A DNA stretch of 64,000 nt, taken from a virus. A program made the position numbers and the translations under genes. Shown piece after piece: positions 34,906 to 43,441 of the stretch; the first letter of the stretch is position 1; each line of letters starts with the position of its first letter. The DNA is taken from IMG/VR virus record IMGVR_UViG_3300008119_000003, positions 32,001 through 96,000 of that record. The stretch is one strand, 5' to 3'. Under the pieces are notes generated by a model that ran no database searches, was not told the DNA's origin, and saw nothing but the letters and a program-made list of their open reading frames with translations.

Positions 34906-35382
34906 ATGGATATCCTAAACTGGTTATTTACCCAAGATCAGAACTTGATCAAAACTACCATTAACAACAAGAATACAGACTTGATTGCTATGGCAGCTGA
35001 CGTTTCATTTGATAAGCGTTCAGATAAGTGGCAAACTTATGCAATGACAGCGGCTAACTTTGCTCCAGCATTGTATGATACAGCTAACGTTACACAACTT
35101 ACTAGTAATAATACAAATGTTACTGTTAATGCTCATACAGGTGTTATTACCTTATTCGGTACGATTAACACGTCAAGCCAAGCTTCATTTGGTGTTCGTA
35201 ATACAAAAGTTACAGCAAACTCTAAAATCTTTTTGCAGTTAAGCCATACTGCTGGTATAAGTGTTGTAATTTCACAAGTTACCATTGAAGCACCAACAGC
35301 AGGAACTTTTGGAATTCAAATTACAAATGGAGCAGGTGCGCCTTTAACTGGTGTGAAGATCCATTATATGATAATCGACTAA
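34906..35382 (+). CDS. Putative capsid decoration or fibre protein; N-terminus paralogous to 36754-37284
   Basis: MDILNWLF...DLIAMAADVSFDKRSDKWQTYAMT. Confidence 0.65.
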   Translation: MDILNWLFTQDQNLIKTTINNKNTDLIAMAADVSFDKRSDKWQTYAMTAANFAPALYDTANVTQLTSNNTNVTVNAHTGVITLFGTINTSSQASFGVRNTKVTANSKIFLQLSHTAGISVVISQVTIEAPTAGTFGIQITNGAGAPLTGVKIHYMIID

Positions 35383-35393
35383 TACTTATTACT

Positions 35394-36752
35394 ATGTCTA
35401 TAGGGAATCTAAAAGATGAAGGTAACAAAGGTAATAACTTCCCTTGGCAGCTGAAAATGCTCCAAGGGCTTAGTGCTCTTAGTACCGGAATAAATAATTT
35501 AGTTGGAGCATTGACTCCAACACCTAATCCAGCAGTACCTGCAGCACTTACGGTAGTACCTGAGGATGTTGCAGAAGATGCTTCTTTTAGGTCTCGAGTA
35601 TCTCAGATTACTACACTGGGCGATCTTAAATCTATTAACAGATACCGCACAGACATCTGGTTACAGAACTCTATAGGAACAGGTGCTGTATCTTGGGGTA
35701 ATAATATTTTTAATCTTGCTGTTACCGCAAATGGAGATAGTGCGATAATTCAATCTAAGGTATCGTTTCCTTACTTTGCAGGTAAATCCCAACTTGTAGA
35801 ATGTACTTTCTCTGACTTTGATCCAATACCTAATGTAAGTAAAAGAGTTGGTTACTACGATTATTTTTCAGGTGGTAGTAAACCAGATGGTTTTTGGTTA
35901 GAATCTGGCCCAAACAATACTGTTACTTTCAAATTTAATAATGCTATAGGAGGTGTTAGTTACGAATATCCTGCTTCTGACTGGACCAATAGGGATTTTG
36001 TTGATCATGACTGGGCTCAGTTTAACGTAGTCATGTTTGACTTTTTATGGTTAGGCGGTTTACGTTTACGCATGTTTATATCAGGACCTAAGGGCTTTAC
36101 CTTGGCTCATGAAGTAAATTATGCAGGGCAAATGGGGGAAGCCGAACCGTTTATAGGGTATCCTTCACATCCTGTTACATATGAGATATCTACTTCTGCA
36201 GCACCAGGAGGTACTTATAGCTTTAAGCCTATTTGCTCACAAGTAGCATCCGAAGGAGCTGTTGATAACGCGGGTATAATGAGAGCTTGTGGTAATAGAA
36301 ATACAGCAATTACTTTAACCGGGGCTGGTACTAGTTTTCCAGTACTTGCTGTACGTAAAGCATTTGCAAATTCTCCAGTCAAACTAGTAAGTTTTGAATT
36401 ATCAGTTGCTACTGGTTCAGATAGAGTATATTGGGAAATACAAATTAATCCTACACTAAGCGGGGCATTAACGTATAATCAAATTGATGCTCAATCTACT
36501 ACGCAGTTTGCAGTAGGTAATGGTACACTTACAGTTACAGGAGCAGGTAGAGTAATTGCATCTGGTTATTTATCTACAGGGCAAGCTGTAAGAACTGTAA
36601 ACTTTGAGGATAATTTTTTATCTCTTTTAGGTGGTGTTAATCCTGCTATTCCTTCTTCACCAACATTTGCCCCAGACCAATACGTACTTGTAGTAATCCC
36701 ATTAACCTCACCTGTAAACGTGCTTGCTAGTATGCAAGTTAAAGAATTATAA
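35394..36752 (+). CDS. Putative virion structural protein
   Basis: MSIGNLKDEGNKGNNFPWQLKMLQGL N-terminus; FDFLWLG beta-sandwich-like region. Confidence 0.65.
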   Translation: MSIGNLKDEGNKGNNFPWQLKMLQGLSALSTGINNLVGALTPTPNPAVPAALTVVPEDVAEDASFRSRVSQITTLGDLKSINRYRTDIWLQNSIGTGAVSWGNNIFNLAVTANGDSAIIQSKVSFPYFAGKSQLVECTFSDFDPIPNVSKRVGYYDYFSGGSKPDGFWLESGPNNTVTFKFNNAIGGVSYEYPASDWTNRDFVDHDWAQFNVVMFDFLWLGGLRLRMFISGPKGFTLAHEVNYAGQMGEAEPFIGYPSHPVTYEISTSAAPGGTYSFKPICSQVASEGAVDNAGIMRACGNRNTAITLTGAGTSFPVLAVRKAFANSPVKLVSFELSVATGSDRVYWEIQINPTLSGALTYNQIDAQSTTQFAVGNGTLTVTGAGRVIASGYLSTGQAVRTVNFEDNFLSLLGGVNPAIPSSPTFAPDQYVLVVIPLTSPVNVLASMQVKEL

Positions 36753-36753
36753 A

Positions 36754-37284
36754 ATGGATATCTTAAACCTTCTTTATTTAAAAGCAAAGTCTTATCTAAA
36801 GACAACAGTTGATAATCGTAACCAAGACTTAGTTGTTCTTGGAGCTAATGTTGGTTTTGACAAACGCCAAGATAAATATCAGGTTTACGGTATGACTGTA
36901 TCTGATTTTGCTTTACAGTCAAGACCTTATAAGTCTTATGTTGCAATACTTACACAAACCGGTACCGCTGCTCCAACTGTAGCTACGATATTAGATAATA
37001 CATTAGGTGGTACTATTGTATGGACCCGAACAGCTGCAGGTAACTATACAGGTACTTTAACGGGTGCATTCACTGCTAGTAAAACTATTGGTGTAGCAAG
37101 CCCTATTGCACTTAGTGCAACAGCTATGTCAGTTGCATCAGGAGCGATTAGACAGAATAATGCTAATACCATAAATCTTCTAACATATGGTGGAGATGGG
37201 TCAGGAGGTTTTATATATGGAGACTTTAGTGGTGGTGGAGGATTTACAGGAACAATAATTGTAGACATTAAAGTATATTTATAA
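36754..37284 (+). CDS. Putative decoration or fibre protein; paralogue of 34906-35382
   Basis: MDILNLLY...DLVVLGANVGFDKRQDKYQVYGMT; YKSYVAILTQTGTAAP domain. Confidence 0.65.
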   Translation: MDILNLLYLKAKSYLKTTVDNRNQDLVVLGANVGFDKRQDKYQVYGMTVSDFALQSRPYKSYVAILTQTGTAAPTVATILDNTLGGTIVWTRTAAGNYTGTLTGAFTASKTIGVASPIALSATAMSVASGAIRQNNANTINLLTYGGDGSGGFIYGDFSGGGGFTGTIIVDIKVYL

Positions 37285-37288
37285 TAAC

Positions 37289-37642
37289 ATGGGATCAGCA
37301 GACGCATGGATGTTTAGCACCAAAGATGTAATCTGGATAGCAATGACAATAGGTTCAGGTTTATCAGCGTATTACGCTCTTAAGCAAGAGCTAGGAAAGT
37401 TAAAAGGAAAAGTAGACAAACTTGCTGGAGATATGGTATCTCTAGAGGCTGATCTTACAGCTAAAGAGACTAATATCTATAACAGAATGGAAATACTAAA
37501 AGAAGATCAGAAAGCTGCGCACGAGAAGCTTGATCTAAAAATGGATAACTTAACTACTCATATGACACAGTTAAGTACTAATATTGCAGAGCTTACGGGC
37601 TATATAAAAGCAAAGAGAGAAGAGGACGGTAAACGTTCTTAG
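37289..37642 (+). CDS. Single-TM coiled-coil protein (holin or haemolysin-like candidate)
   Basis: N-terminal TM segment followed by a long heptad region. Confidence 0.5.
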   Translation: MGSADAWMFSTKDVIWIAMTIGSGLSAYYALKQELGKLKGKVDKLAGDMVSLEADLTAKETNIYNRMEILKEDQKAAHEKLDLKMDNLTTHMTQLSTNIAELTGYIKAKREEDGKRS

Positions 37643-37670
37643 TTTTCATAGATTAGTTTAGTTTTAGGTT

Positions 37671-37704
37671 AAGTACCTGGGCAAACGTGCCTGGGTATTT
37701 TTTT
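37671..37704 (+). terminator. Intrinsic terminator
   Basis: AAGTACCTGGGCA/TGCCTGGGTATTT followed by a T run. Confidence 0.75.
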
Positions 37705-37735
37705 GTTTAAATGTTGTAAGTTTAAACTTTTTATC

Positions 37736-37743
37736 TATATTTG
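37736..37743 (+). promoter_or_regulatory. TAnnTTTG -7 box
   Basis: TATATTTG upstream of ATG 37766. Confidence 0.6.
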
Positions 37744-37765
37744 TCTAAACCTAAATAAGTTAGAC

Positions 37766-38020
37766 ATGGAAAACCAACAAGTTTCAGCAGAAGAAATGGC
37801 TGCTAAAAAACAAGAATTGATCGCATCATTTGCCGAACAATCTGAAATGTTAGAAGTACAATTGAAGTACGAAACATTAATTGCTGATATCGAAGAACAA
37901 CGTCTACGTGCTTTAGTAGCACAGATGCGCGCTGCTCAGATATTAGCTCCGGCTCCTGAGCCAAAAGAAGAAGGTCCTAAAGAACCTACTGCTCCACGAA
38001 CTCTTAAGAAAGAGAAATAA
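37766..38020 (+). CDS. Coiled-coil hypothetical protein
   Basis: Start set at MENQQVS. Confidence 0.7.
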   Translation: MENQQVSAEEMAAKKQELIASFAEQSEMLEVQLKYETLIADIEEQRLRALVAQMRAAQILAPAPEPKEEGPKEPTAPRTLKKEK

Positions 38021-38403
38021 TGGCTGTAGTAAATCAGGTACGAAAAACAGTTAGAATGGACTTGTGGAGTATTGTCAAGTTCCAACTAGCTGTGCATTGC
38101 CATTTAAAGGCACTAAATGTATCTGATCAGGACTTAAGCTGTCTTACTTTCTTAGCTCTATCGGGGGAGAAAGAACTTACGGAATTCTGTGAGGCTGCTA
38201 CTAAGAACAAGATTTTTGGTAGCAGCCAATCAGTTCGTAATGCAATTACTAAAGCTGAAAAGAAAAGCTTAGTAGTTAAGAACGGAAAAAGCAAGAAAAA
38301 GATATCTTTAAGCGATGACCTAAAGATACAGATTACAGGTAATATTTTGTTGGACTATAAATTCGTACACGTTGAACCCAAAGAAGTCCAACAACCTGCA
38401 TAA
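38020..38403 (+). CDS. Putative winged-HTH protein
   Basis: SSQSVRNAITKAEKKSLVVKNG resembles a recognition helix and wing. Confidence 0.55.
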   Translation: MAVVNQVRKTVRMDLWSIVKFQLAVHCHLKALNVSDQDLSCLTFLALSGEKELTEFCEAATKNKIFGSSQSVRNAITKAEKKSLVVKNGKSKKKISLSDDLKIQITGNILLDYKFVHVEPKEVQQPA

Positions 38404-38767
38404 AGATTTAGCTGAAGAGCTAGGTCTATCTGAAGCACTAGTTTCTGATATTGTTTCATACTACTGGAGTAATGTTAGAAAGTATTTAGAATCGATGGAT
38501 GAGCCCGTTATAGACGTGGAGAATCTCGGAGTATTCTATACAAAAAGTAAATGCCTTCATAAAGAGATACAAAAAAATGAAGACTACGTTAGAATTATCA
38601 ATCCTGCCAACTTAAAAAAATTTCAGTTTTATAATACAGCTCAACAACGTTTGAAACGATTCTATTCCTTAAAGCAAAAGCTTGAAGATCAGTTAAGTTT
38701 GAAACACCAATTTAAAGCAACTAAAAATGAAAATCTTAGAAAAGATCAAGACGGTTTGGAGCACTAA
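38372..38767 (+). CDS. HU/IHF-like protein
   Basis: LHKDLAEELGLSEALVSDIV...IDVENLGVF. Confidence 0.6.
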   Translation: MNPKKSNNLHKDLAEELGLSEALVSDIVSYYWSNVRKYLESMDEPVIDVENLGVFYTKSKCLHKEIQKNEDYVRIINPANLKKFQFYNTAQQRLKRFYSLKQKLEDQLSLKHQFKATKNENLRKDQDGLEH

Positions 38768-39059
38768 GTGGCTCATTATCGAAGGAGTTTTTAACTACTA
38801 TTTTACCCGCAAAAAAATAGAGAAGATTGCATATTGGCGTAATGAAATATGTAATAGTTGTCCATTAATAGATTTAGTAGGAGATAAATGTCTGGTGCCT
38901 GGTACTCAACCTTGTTGTAGCGACTGCGGTTGTTCCCTTAAATATAAACTTCGTAGCATGTCTTCGGAATGCCCTAAGGGTCAATGGTTTGCTGTAATGA
39001 CTGAGGAAGAGGAAGATGCATTAAATGCTAAACTAGGAAACAATGGCAATAGTATTTAA
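38727..39059 (+). CDS. Cys-rich Zn-binding protein
   Basis: RNEICNSC...CSDCGCSLKYKLRSMSSECPKGQW. Confidence 0.65.
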   Translation: MKILEKIKTVWSTKWLIIEGVFNYYFTRKKIEKIAYWRNEICNSCPLIDLVGDKCLVPGTQPCCSDCGCSLKYKLRSMSSECPKGQWFAVMTEEEEDALNAKLGNNGNSI

Positions 39060-39852
39060 ACCCGAGACCCATAGTTACATAAGTATAGATCCTAATGAGA
39101 ATATCACATGGACTAGTGTAACAGGTATTATATCTAAACTTAAGAAAACTTTCGATGCTGATGCTATAGCTCTTGCTTCATCTAAGAAGAAGAAAAGCAA
39201 ATGGTATGGTATGTCCCCTGAGGATATTAAAGAAGCCTGGAAGAATGAATCACAGAAGGCTGTTAATCTCGGCACATGGTATCATAACCAAAGAGAAGCT
39301 GCTTATACATCTTGTAATACTATAGAACAAGATGGGATTATTATCCCTATTTTTAAACCTATAGAGTCTGACGGTATTAAAAAAGCTCCGGAACAAAAGC
39401 TTGTAGACGGGATATATCCTGAACATATGGTGTATCTCAAGAGCGCTGGATTATGCGGACAGGCCGATAGAGTAGAAGTAATAAAAGGTATAGTAAATAT
39501 TTATGATTACAAGACTAATAAAGAAATTAAAACTGAGGGTTATACTAACTGGGAAGGAATCACTGATAGAATGCTTGATCCAGTTAGTCACTTGGACGAT
39601 TGTAATCTTAACCATTATGCATTACAGTTAAGTTTCTATATGTATATGATTCTTAAACATAATCCTCGCATGCGCGCGGGAAAAATGATCATAGAACATA
39701 TAGTATTTAAAGAGGCCGGAAGAGATGCATATGATAACAGAGTTGTACTATATGATGAATTTGGTGAGCCTGTAGTAGACAAAATTGTACAATATGATGT
39801 ACCTTATTTAAAAGAAGAAGTCATTAACGTTATCAAGATGCTTAAAGAATGA
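39043..39852 (+). CDS. PD-(D/E)XK exonuclease
   Basis: FKPETHSY, SVTGII, GTWYH, CGQAD, YDYKTN and YALQLSFY motifs. Confidence 0.85.
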   Translation: MAIVFKPETHSYISIDPNENITWTSVTGIISKLKKTFDADAIALASSKKKKSKWYGMSPEDIKEAWKNESQKAVNLGTWYHNQREAAYTSCNTIEQDGIIIPIFKPIESDGIKKAPEQKLVDGIYPEHMVYLKSAGLCGQADRVEVIKGIVNIYDYKTNKEIKTEGYTNWEGITDRMLDPVSHLDDCNLNHYALQLSFYMYMILKHNPRMRAGKMIIEHIVFKEAGRDAYDNRVVLYDEFGEPVVDKIVQYDVPYLKEEVINVIKMLKE

Positions 39853-40043
39853 TGCTTCAGTTAGATCCAATGCTCCCGATTAAAAGGATATCGGATAATA
39901 TGGAAGGCTATGCTTTTCTTATTATAGATTATTCTCAGGAGCATGATCTACTGTTCACATGTGCTATGGATGACGGAGAGATTTGGACTCTTAATAATAA
40001 AGAAATACGCTTTTGTAAAAATATAAGCCTAGACAGAAAATGA
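39849..40043 (+). CDS. Small conserved hypothetical protein
   Basis: LQLDP...GYAFLIIDYSQEHDL...GEIW. Confidence 0.65.
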   Translation: MMLQLDPMLPIKRISDNMEGYAFLIIDYSQEHDLLFTCAMDDGEIWTLNNKEIRFCKNISLDRK

Positions 40044-40558
40044 TTGTTAAACTATTTGATATACAGAATCATAAGGTGATTCCTACAGAACATTGCTATA
40101 CTTTAAGTACGTTAAAGAATATTATGGATAAGTATCCAGAACAGTACTTAAAGATCTACGAGTACTTATTCTATATGACCTGCCCTAATCCTGATTTAAA
40201 TCCTTTCTTTTATATTGAGGATATTCATAAGGAAGATATTATCTTAGCTGAAATTGAAGCAGACTTTAGTCCAGAGGATGATTATATCCCCGGTGCATTA
40301 CAGTTCTGCAAGAAGTTATATGAAACACCAACATCGAGAGCTTATAATGGTATCAAGAAGATGCTAGATAATCTTGCAACCTATATGGAAAAAACTCAGA
40401 TAACTGATGGAAGAGATGGTAATATAACAGCGTTAGTTAATGCTGCATCAAAATACCAACAAATCAGAGAGAGTTATAAAGGTGCTTATAAAGACCTTCA
40501 AGAGGAACAAACTAGTCATGTTCGCGGAGGAGCAGGACTTGCATATGATCAAATGTAA
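40040..40558 (+). CDS. Putative terminase small subunit or conserved crAss-like packaging-region protein
   Basis: Helical; ETPTSRAY and C-terminal VRGG; located upstream of TerL. Confidence 0.5.
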   Translation: MIVKLFDIQNHKVIPTEHCYTLSTLKNIMDKYPEQYLKIYEYLFYMTCPNPDLNPFFYIEDIHKEDIILAEIEADFSPEDDYIPGALQFCKKLYETPTSRAYNGIKKMLDNLATYMEKTQITDGRDGNITALVNAASKYQQIRESYKGAYKDLQEEQTSHVRGGAGLAYDQM

Positions 40559-40574
40559 TCTTAACTAATATACA

Positions 40575-41237
40575 ATGGCTACTGAAAACATTAAGAAGAA
40601 CCCGCCAAAGGGAGATATAAAGTTTGCAATAACTTTATCTGAGGAGCAGAAGAGAGCTAAAGAACTAATTTTAGCAAAGCCTTATAACTTTATTATTGGT
40701 CAAGCTGGTAGTGGTAAAACACTATTGGCTGTACAGATAGCCTTAGACCTATACTTTAAACGTGAGGTCAACAAGATAATTATAACAAGACCTACTATAT
40801 CTACAGAGGACAATGGATTTTTACCAGGATCTGAAAAAGAAAAGATGGAGCCTTGGTTAGTACCTATCAAATCTAACATTAAAAAGGTTTACGATAAGCC
40901 TGATATCATTACTAAGTTAGAAGATTCAGAAGCTTTAGAACTAGTATCCCTTACACACTTTAGAGGTAGAACCTTTGAGAATGCCGTATGCATTATAGAT
41001 GAATGTCAAAACTTAACTAAACCTCAGCTCCAAATGTGCTTAGGTAGATTAGGTAAAGGATCATTAATGATCTTTACAGGAGATAATCACCAGATAGATC
41101 TTAAGTTTAAGAATGACTCTGCTATTCATGAGGTTCCTAAACTAGAAAAATCTCAATGGGTAAATAAAGTAGTTCTGAAAGATAATCATAGACATGAGGC
41201 GTTAAATGAAGTTCTAAGATTACTAAATGAATATTAA
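40575..41237 (+). CDS. phoH: PhoH-like ATPase
   Basis: GQAGSGKT, ITRP, GFLPG, RGRTF, DECQN and GDNHQID motifs. Confidence 0.92.
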   Translation: MATENIKKNPPKGDIKFAITLSEEQKRAKELILAKPYNFIIGQAGSGKTLLAVQIALDLYFKREVNKIIITRPTISTEDNGFLPGSEKEKMEPWLVPIKSNIKKVYDKPDIITKLEDSEALELVSLTHFRGRTFENAVCIIDECQNLTKPQLQMCLGRLGKGSLMIFTGDNHQIDLKFKNDSAIHEVPKLEKSQWVNKVVLKDNHRHEALNEVLRLLNEY

Positions 41238-43440
41238 TAACAACATACAAATACCTACTTATGAAAACGGAGTATGGACTGTGTCTACTTTTGATACTAG
41301 AGATGCTTTTAGGGATTTTGTGGTATCTATATTTAAGGAGCCAGGTAAGTATAAGTTTAATGAGACTAGTCTTAAATTTAACGAGCAAGCCCGTTTGTTT
41401 AATCAACAAGGTTTTTATTGCGCTTCGCCTCAAGGCACTAAGGACTTTATTATTTACTGGAACGACCAAAAAAATAAATGTCGAGTAGGGGCAATTTACA
41501 AGGATGGTAAGGATACATGGTACATACCACGTGATTATTACATGTGGCTAAACTTCCTACCTATCTTTAATAAGGAAACCCAGAAGTTTGGTTTTGCTGA
41601 TGTCCGTGATGCCCAGTATCATATGGCTCTTTACGAATGTCTAGCAGAATTACATTATAGACATGTAGCTATCTTAAAGAAACGTCAGATTGCATCATCA
41701 TATTACCATGCGGGTAAGTTAATTAATCAGATTTGGTTTGAAGAAGGGGTTACCCTTAAAATGGGCGCCAGCCTTAAAGATTATATTAATGAGAAAGGTA
41801 CTTGGAAATTCTTAAATGAATATGAGGCTTTCTTAAATCAGCATACTGCCTGGTACCGCCCTATGAACCCTAATAAGGTTATGATGTGGCAGCAGAAGAT
41901 TGAGACAGTGTCCGGAATAAACAGACGTAAGTCGGAAGTAGGTCTTAAAGGTGTAATGCAAGGGATGTCCTTTGAGAAAGATCCTACTAACGGGGTAGGG
42001 GGACCATGCAAGTACTTCTTCCATGAGGAGGCCGGGATTGCTCCTAAGATGGATACAACTTTTGAGTACATCCGTCCTGCTATGAAATCCGGTTTTATGA
42101 CTACCGGGATGTTTATTGCTGCAGGATCTGTCGGAGATCTATCTCAATGCGAGCCTCTTAAGAAAATGATTACCCGACCTGAAGGTAATGACATTTATGC
42201 CATTGAATCTACATTACTAGATGAAACAGGCGCAAAAGGGATGACGGGACTCTTTATTCCTGAGCAATGGTCGATGCCTCCTTTTATAGATCAATACGGT
42301 AACTCTAAAGTAGAGGAAGCGCTAGTTGCTTTAGATGAGCAATTTTCACAATGGAAAACGGAACTGGATCCACAAGAGTTTCAACTTCGTATATCCCAGC
42401 ACCCTAGAACTATTAAGGAAGCATTTGATTTTAGATCTGTATCTGTTTTTCCATCACATCTTATTACAGCACAAACTCGACGTATTGAAGATAAAGAATA
42501 TGCTGAGGAGCATTTAGACATTTACAGAAACGAAAAGGGCGAACCAGCAGTAACATCCACAAATAAGTTACCTATCAGAGAGTTTCCTATTACAAAAAAT
42601 ACTGAGGATAAAACAGGATGTCTTGTAGTATGGGATAGACCAGTAGAAAATCCAGAGTTTGGAATGTACTATGCATCTGTCGATCCCGTGGGAGAAGGTA
42701 AGACTACTACATCCGATTCTCTATGTGCAATATATGTATACAAAACATCTGTTGAAGTAACTAAAAAAGATGTAGATGGGGTTCAAACATTTATTGAAAA
42801 TGATAAGATAGTGGCAGCATGGTGCGGCCGTTTTGATGATATCAATAAAACACATGAGAGATTAGAGCTTATTATAGAATGGTATAACGCATGGACCATT
42901 GTGGAAAATAACATTCCACAGTTTATTACCCATATGATTAACCGTAAAAAGCAAAAGTATCTAGTACCAAGACAGCAAATTTTATTCTTAAAAGATATAG
43001 GAGCTAATGCTAATGTATTCCAGGAGTATGGCTGGCGTAATACGGGTACTTTATTTAAAAGTCATATGATAAGTTATGCAATCGAGTTTGTTAGACAAGA
43101 GCTTGATCAAATAACTCTAGAGGACGGTAAAGTTGTTAAAACAGTTTTTGGTATTGAACGTATTCCTGATATAATGCTGCTTAGAGAAATGATGGCATAT
43201 AGAGATGGGGTCAATGTCGATAGACTTGTATCGTTTGCTGCTTTAGTAGCTTTTGCTAAAGTACAACAAGCTAATAGGGGTTATAAAAAACGTTTTGAAG
43301 AGACAGCAGCGTCAAAAAACTTGGATAACACCAATAAATTCAGTAAATTAAATATGAGCCCTTTCCGTCACATGGGCGGAGGAGGTCATAAATTTTCAGG
43401 TATGAAAGTACCTAAAAATCCATTTAGAAACATAAGATAG
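41227..43440 (+). CDS. Terminase large subunit
   Basis: LKKRQIASSY Walker A variant, FHEEAG Walker B, nuclease motifs SVDPV, IVENN and NVDRLV; directly before the portal. Confidence 0.9.
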   Translation: MNINNNIQIPTYENGVWTVSTFDTRDAFRDFVVSIFKEPGKYKFNETSLKFNEQARLFNQQGFYCASPQGTKDFIIYWNDQKNKCRVGAIYKDGKDTWYIPRDYYMWLNFLPIFNKETQKFGFADVRDAQYHMALYECLAELHYRHVAILKKRQIASSYYHAGKLINQIWFEEGVTLKMGASLKDYINEKGTWKFLNEYEAFLNQHTAWYRPMNPNKVMMWQQKIETVSGINRRKSEVGLKGVMQGMSFEKDPTNGVGGPCKYFFHEEAGIAPKMDTTFEYIRPAMKSGFMTTGMFIAAGSVGDLSQCEPLKKMITRPEGNDIYAIESTLLDETGAKGMTGLFIPEQWSMPPFIDQYGNSKVEEALVALDEQFSQWKTELDPQEFQLRISQHPRTIKEAFDFRSVSVFPSHLITAQTRRIEDKEYAEEHLDIYRNEKGEPAVTSTNKLPIREFPITKNTEDKTGCLVVWDRPVENPEFGMYYASVDPVGEGKTTTSDSLCAIYVYKTSVEVTKKDVDGVQTFIENDKIVAAWCGRFDDINKTHERLELIIEWYNAWTIVENNIPQFITHMINRKKQKYLVPRQQILFLKDIGANANVFQEYGWRNTGTLFKSHMISYAIEFVRQELDQITLEDGKVVKTVFGIERIPDIMLLREMMAYRDGVNVDRLVSFAALVAFAKVQQANRGYKKRFEETAASKNLDNTNKFSKLNMSPFRHMGGGGHKFSGMKVPKNPFRNIR

Positions 43441-43441
43441 T

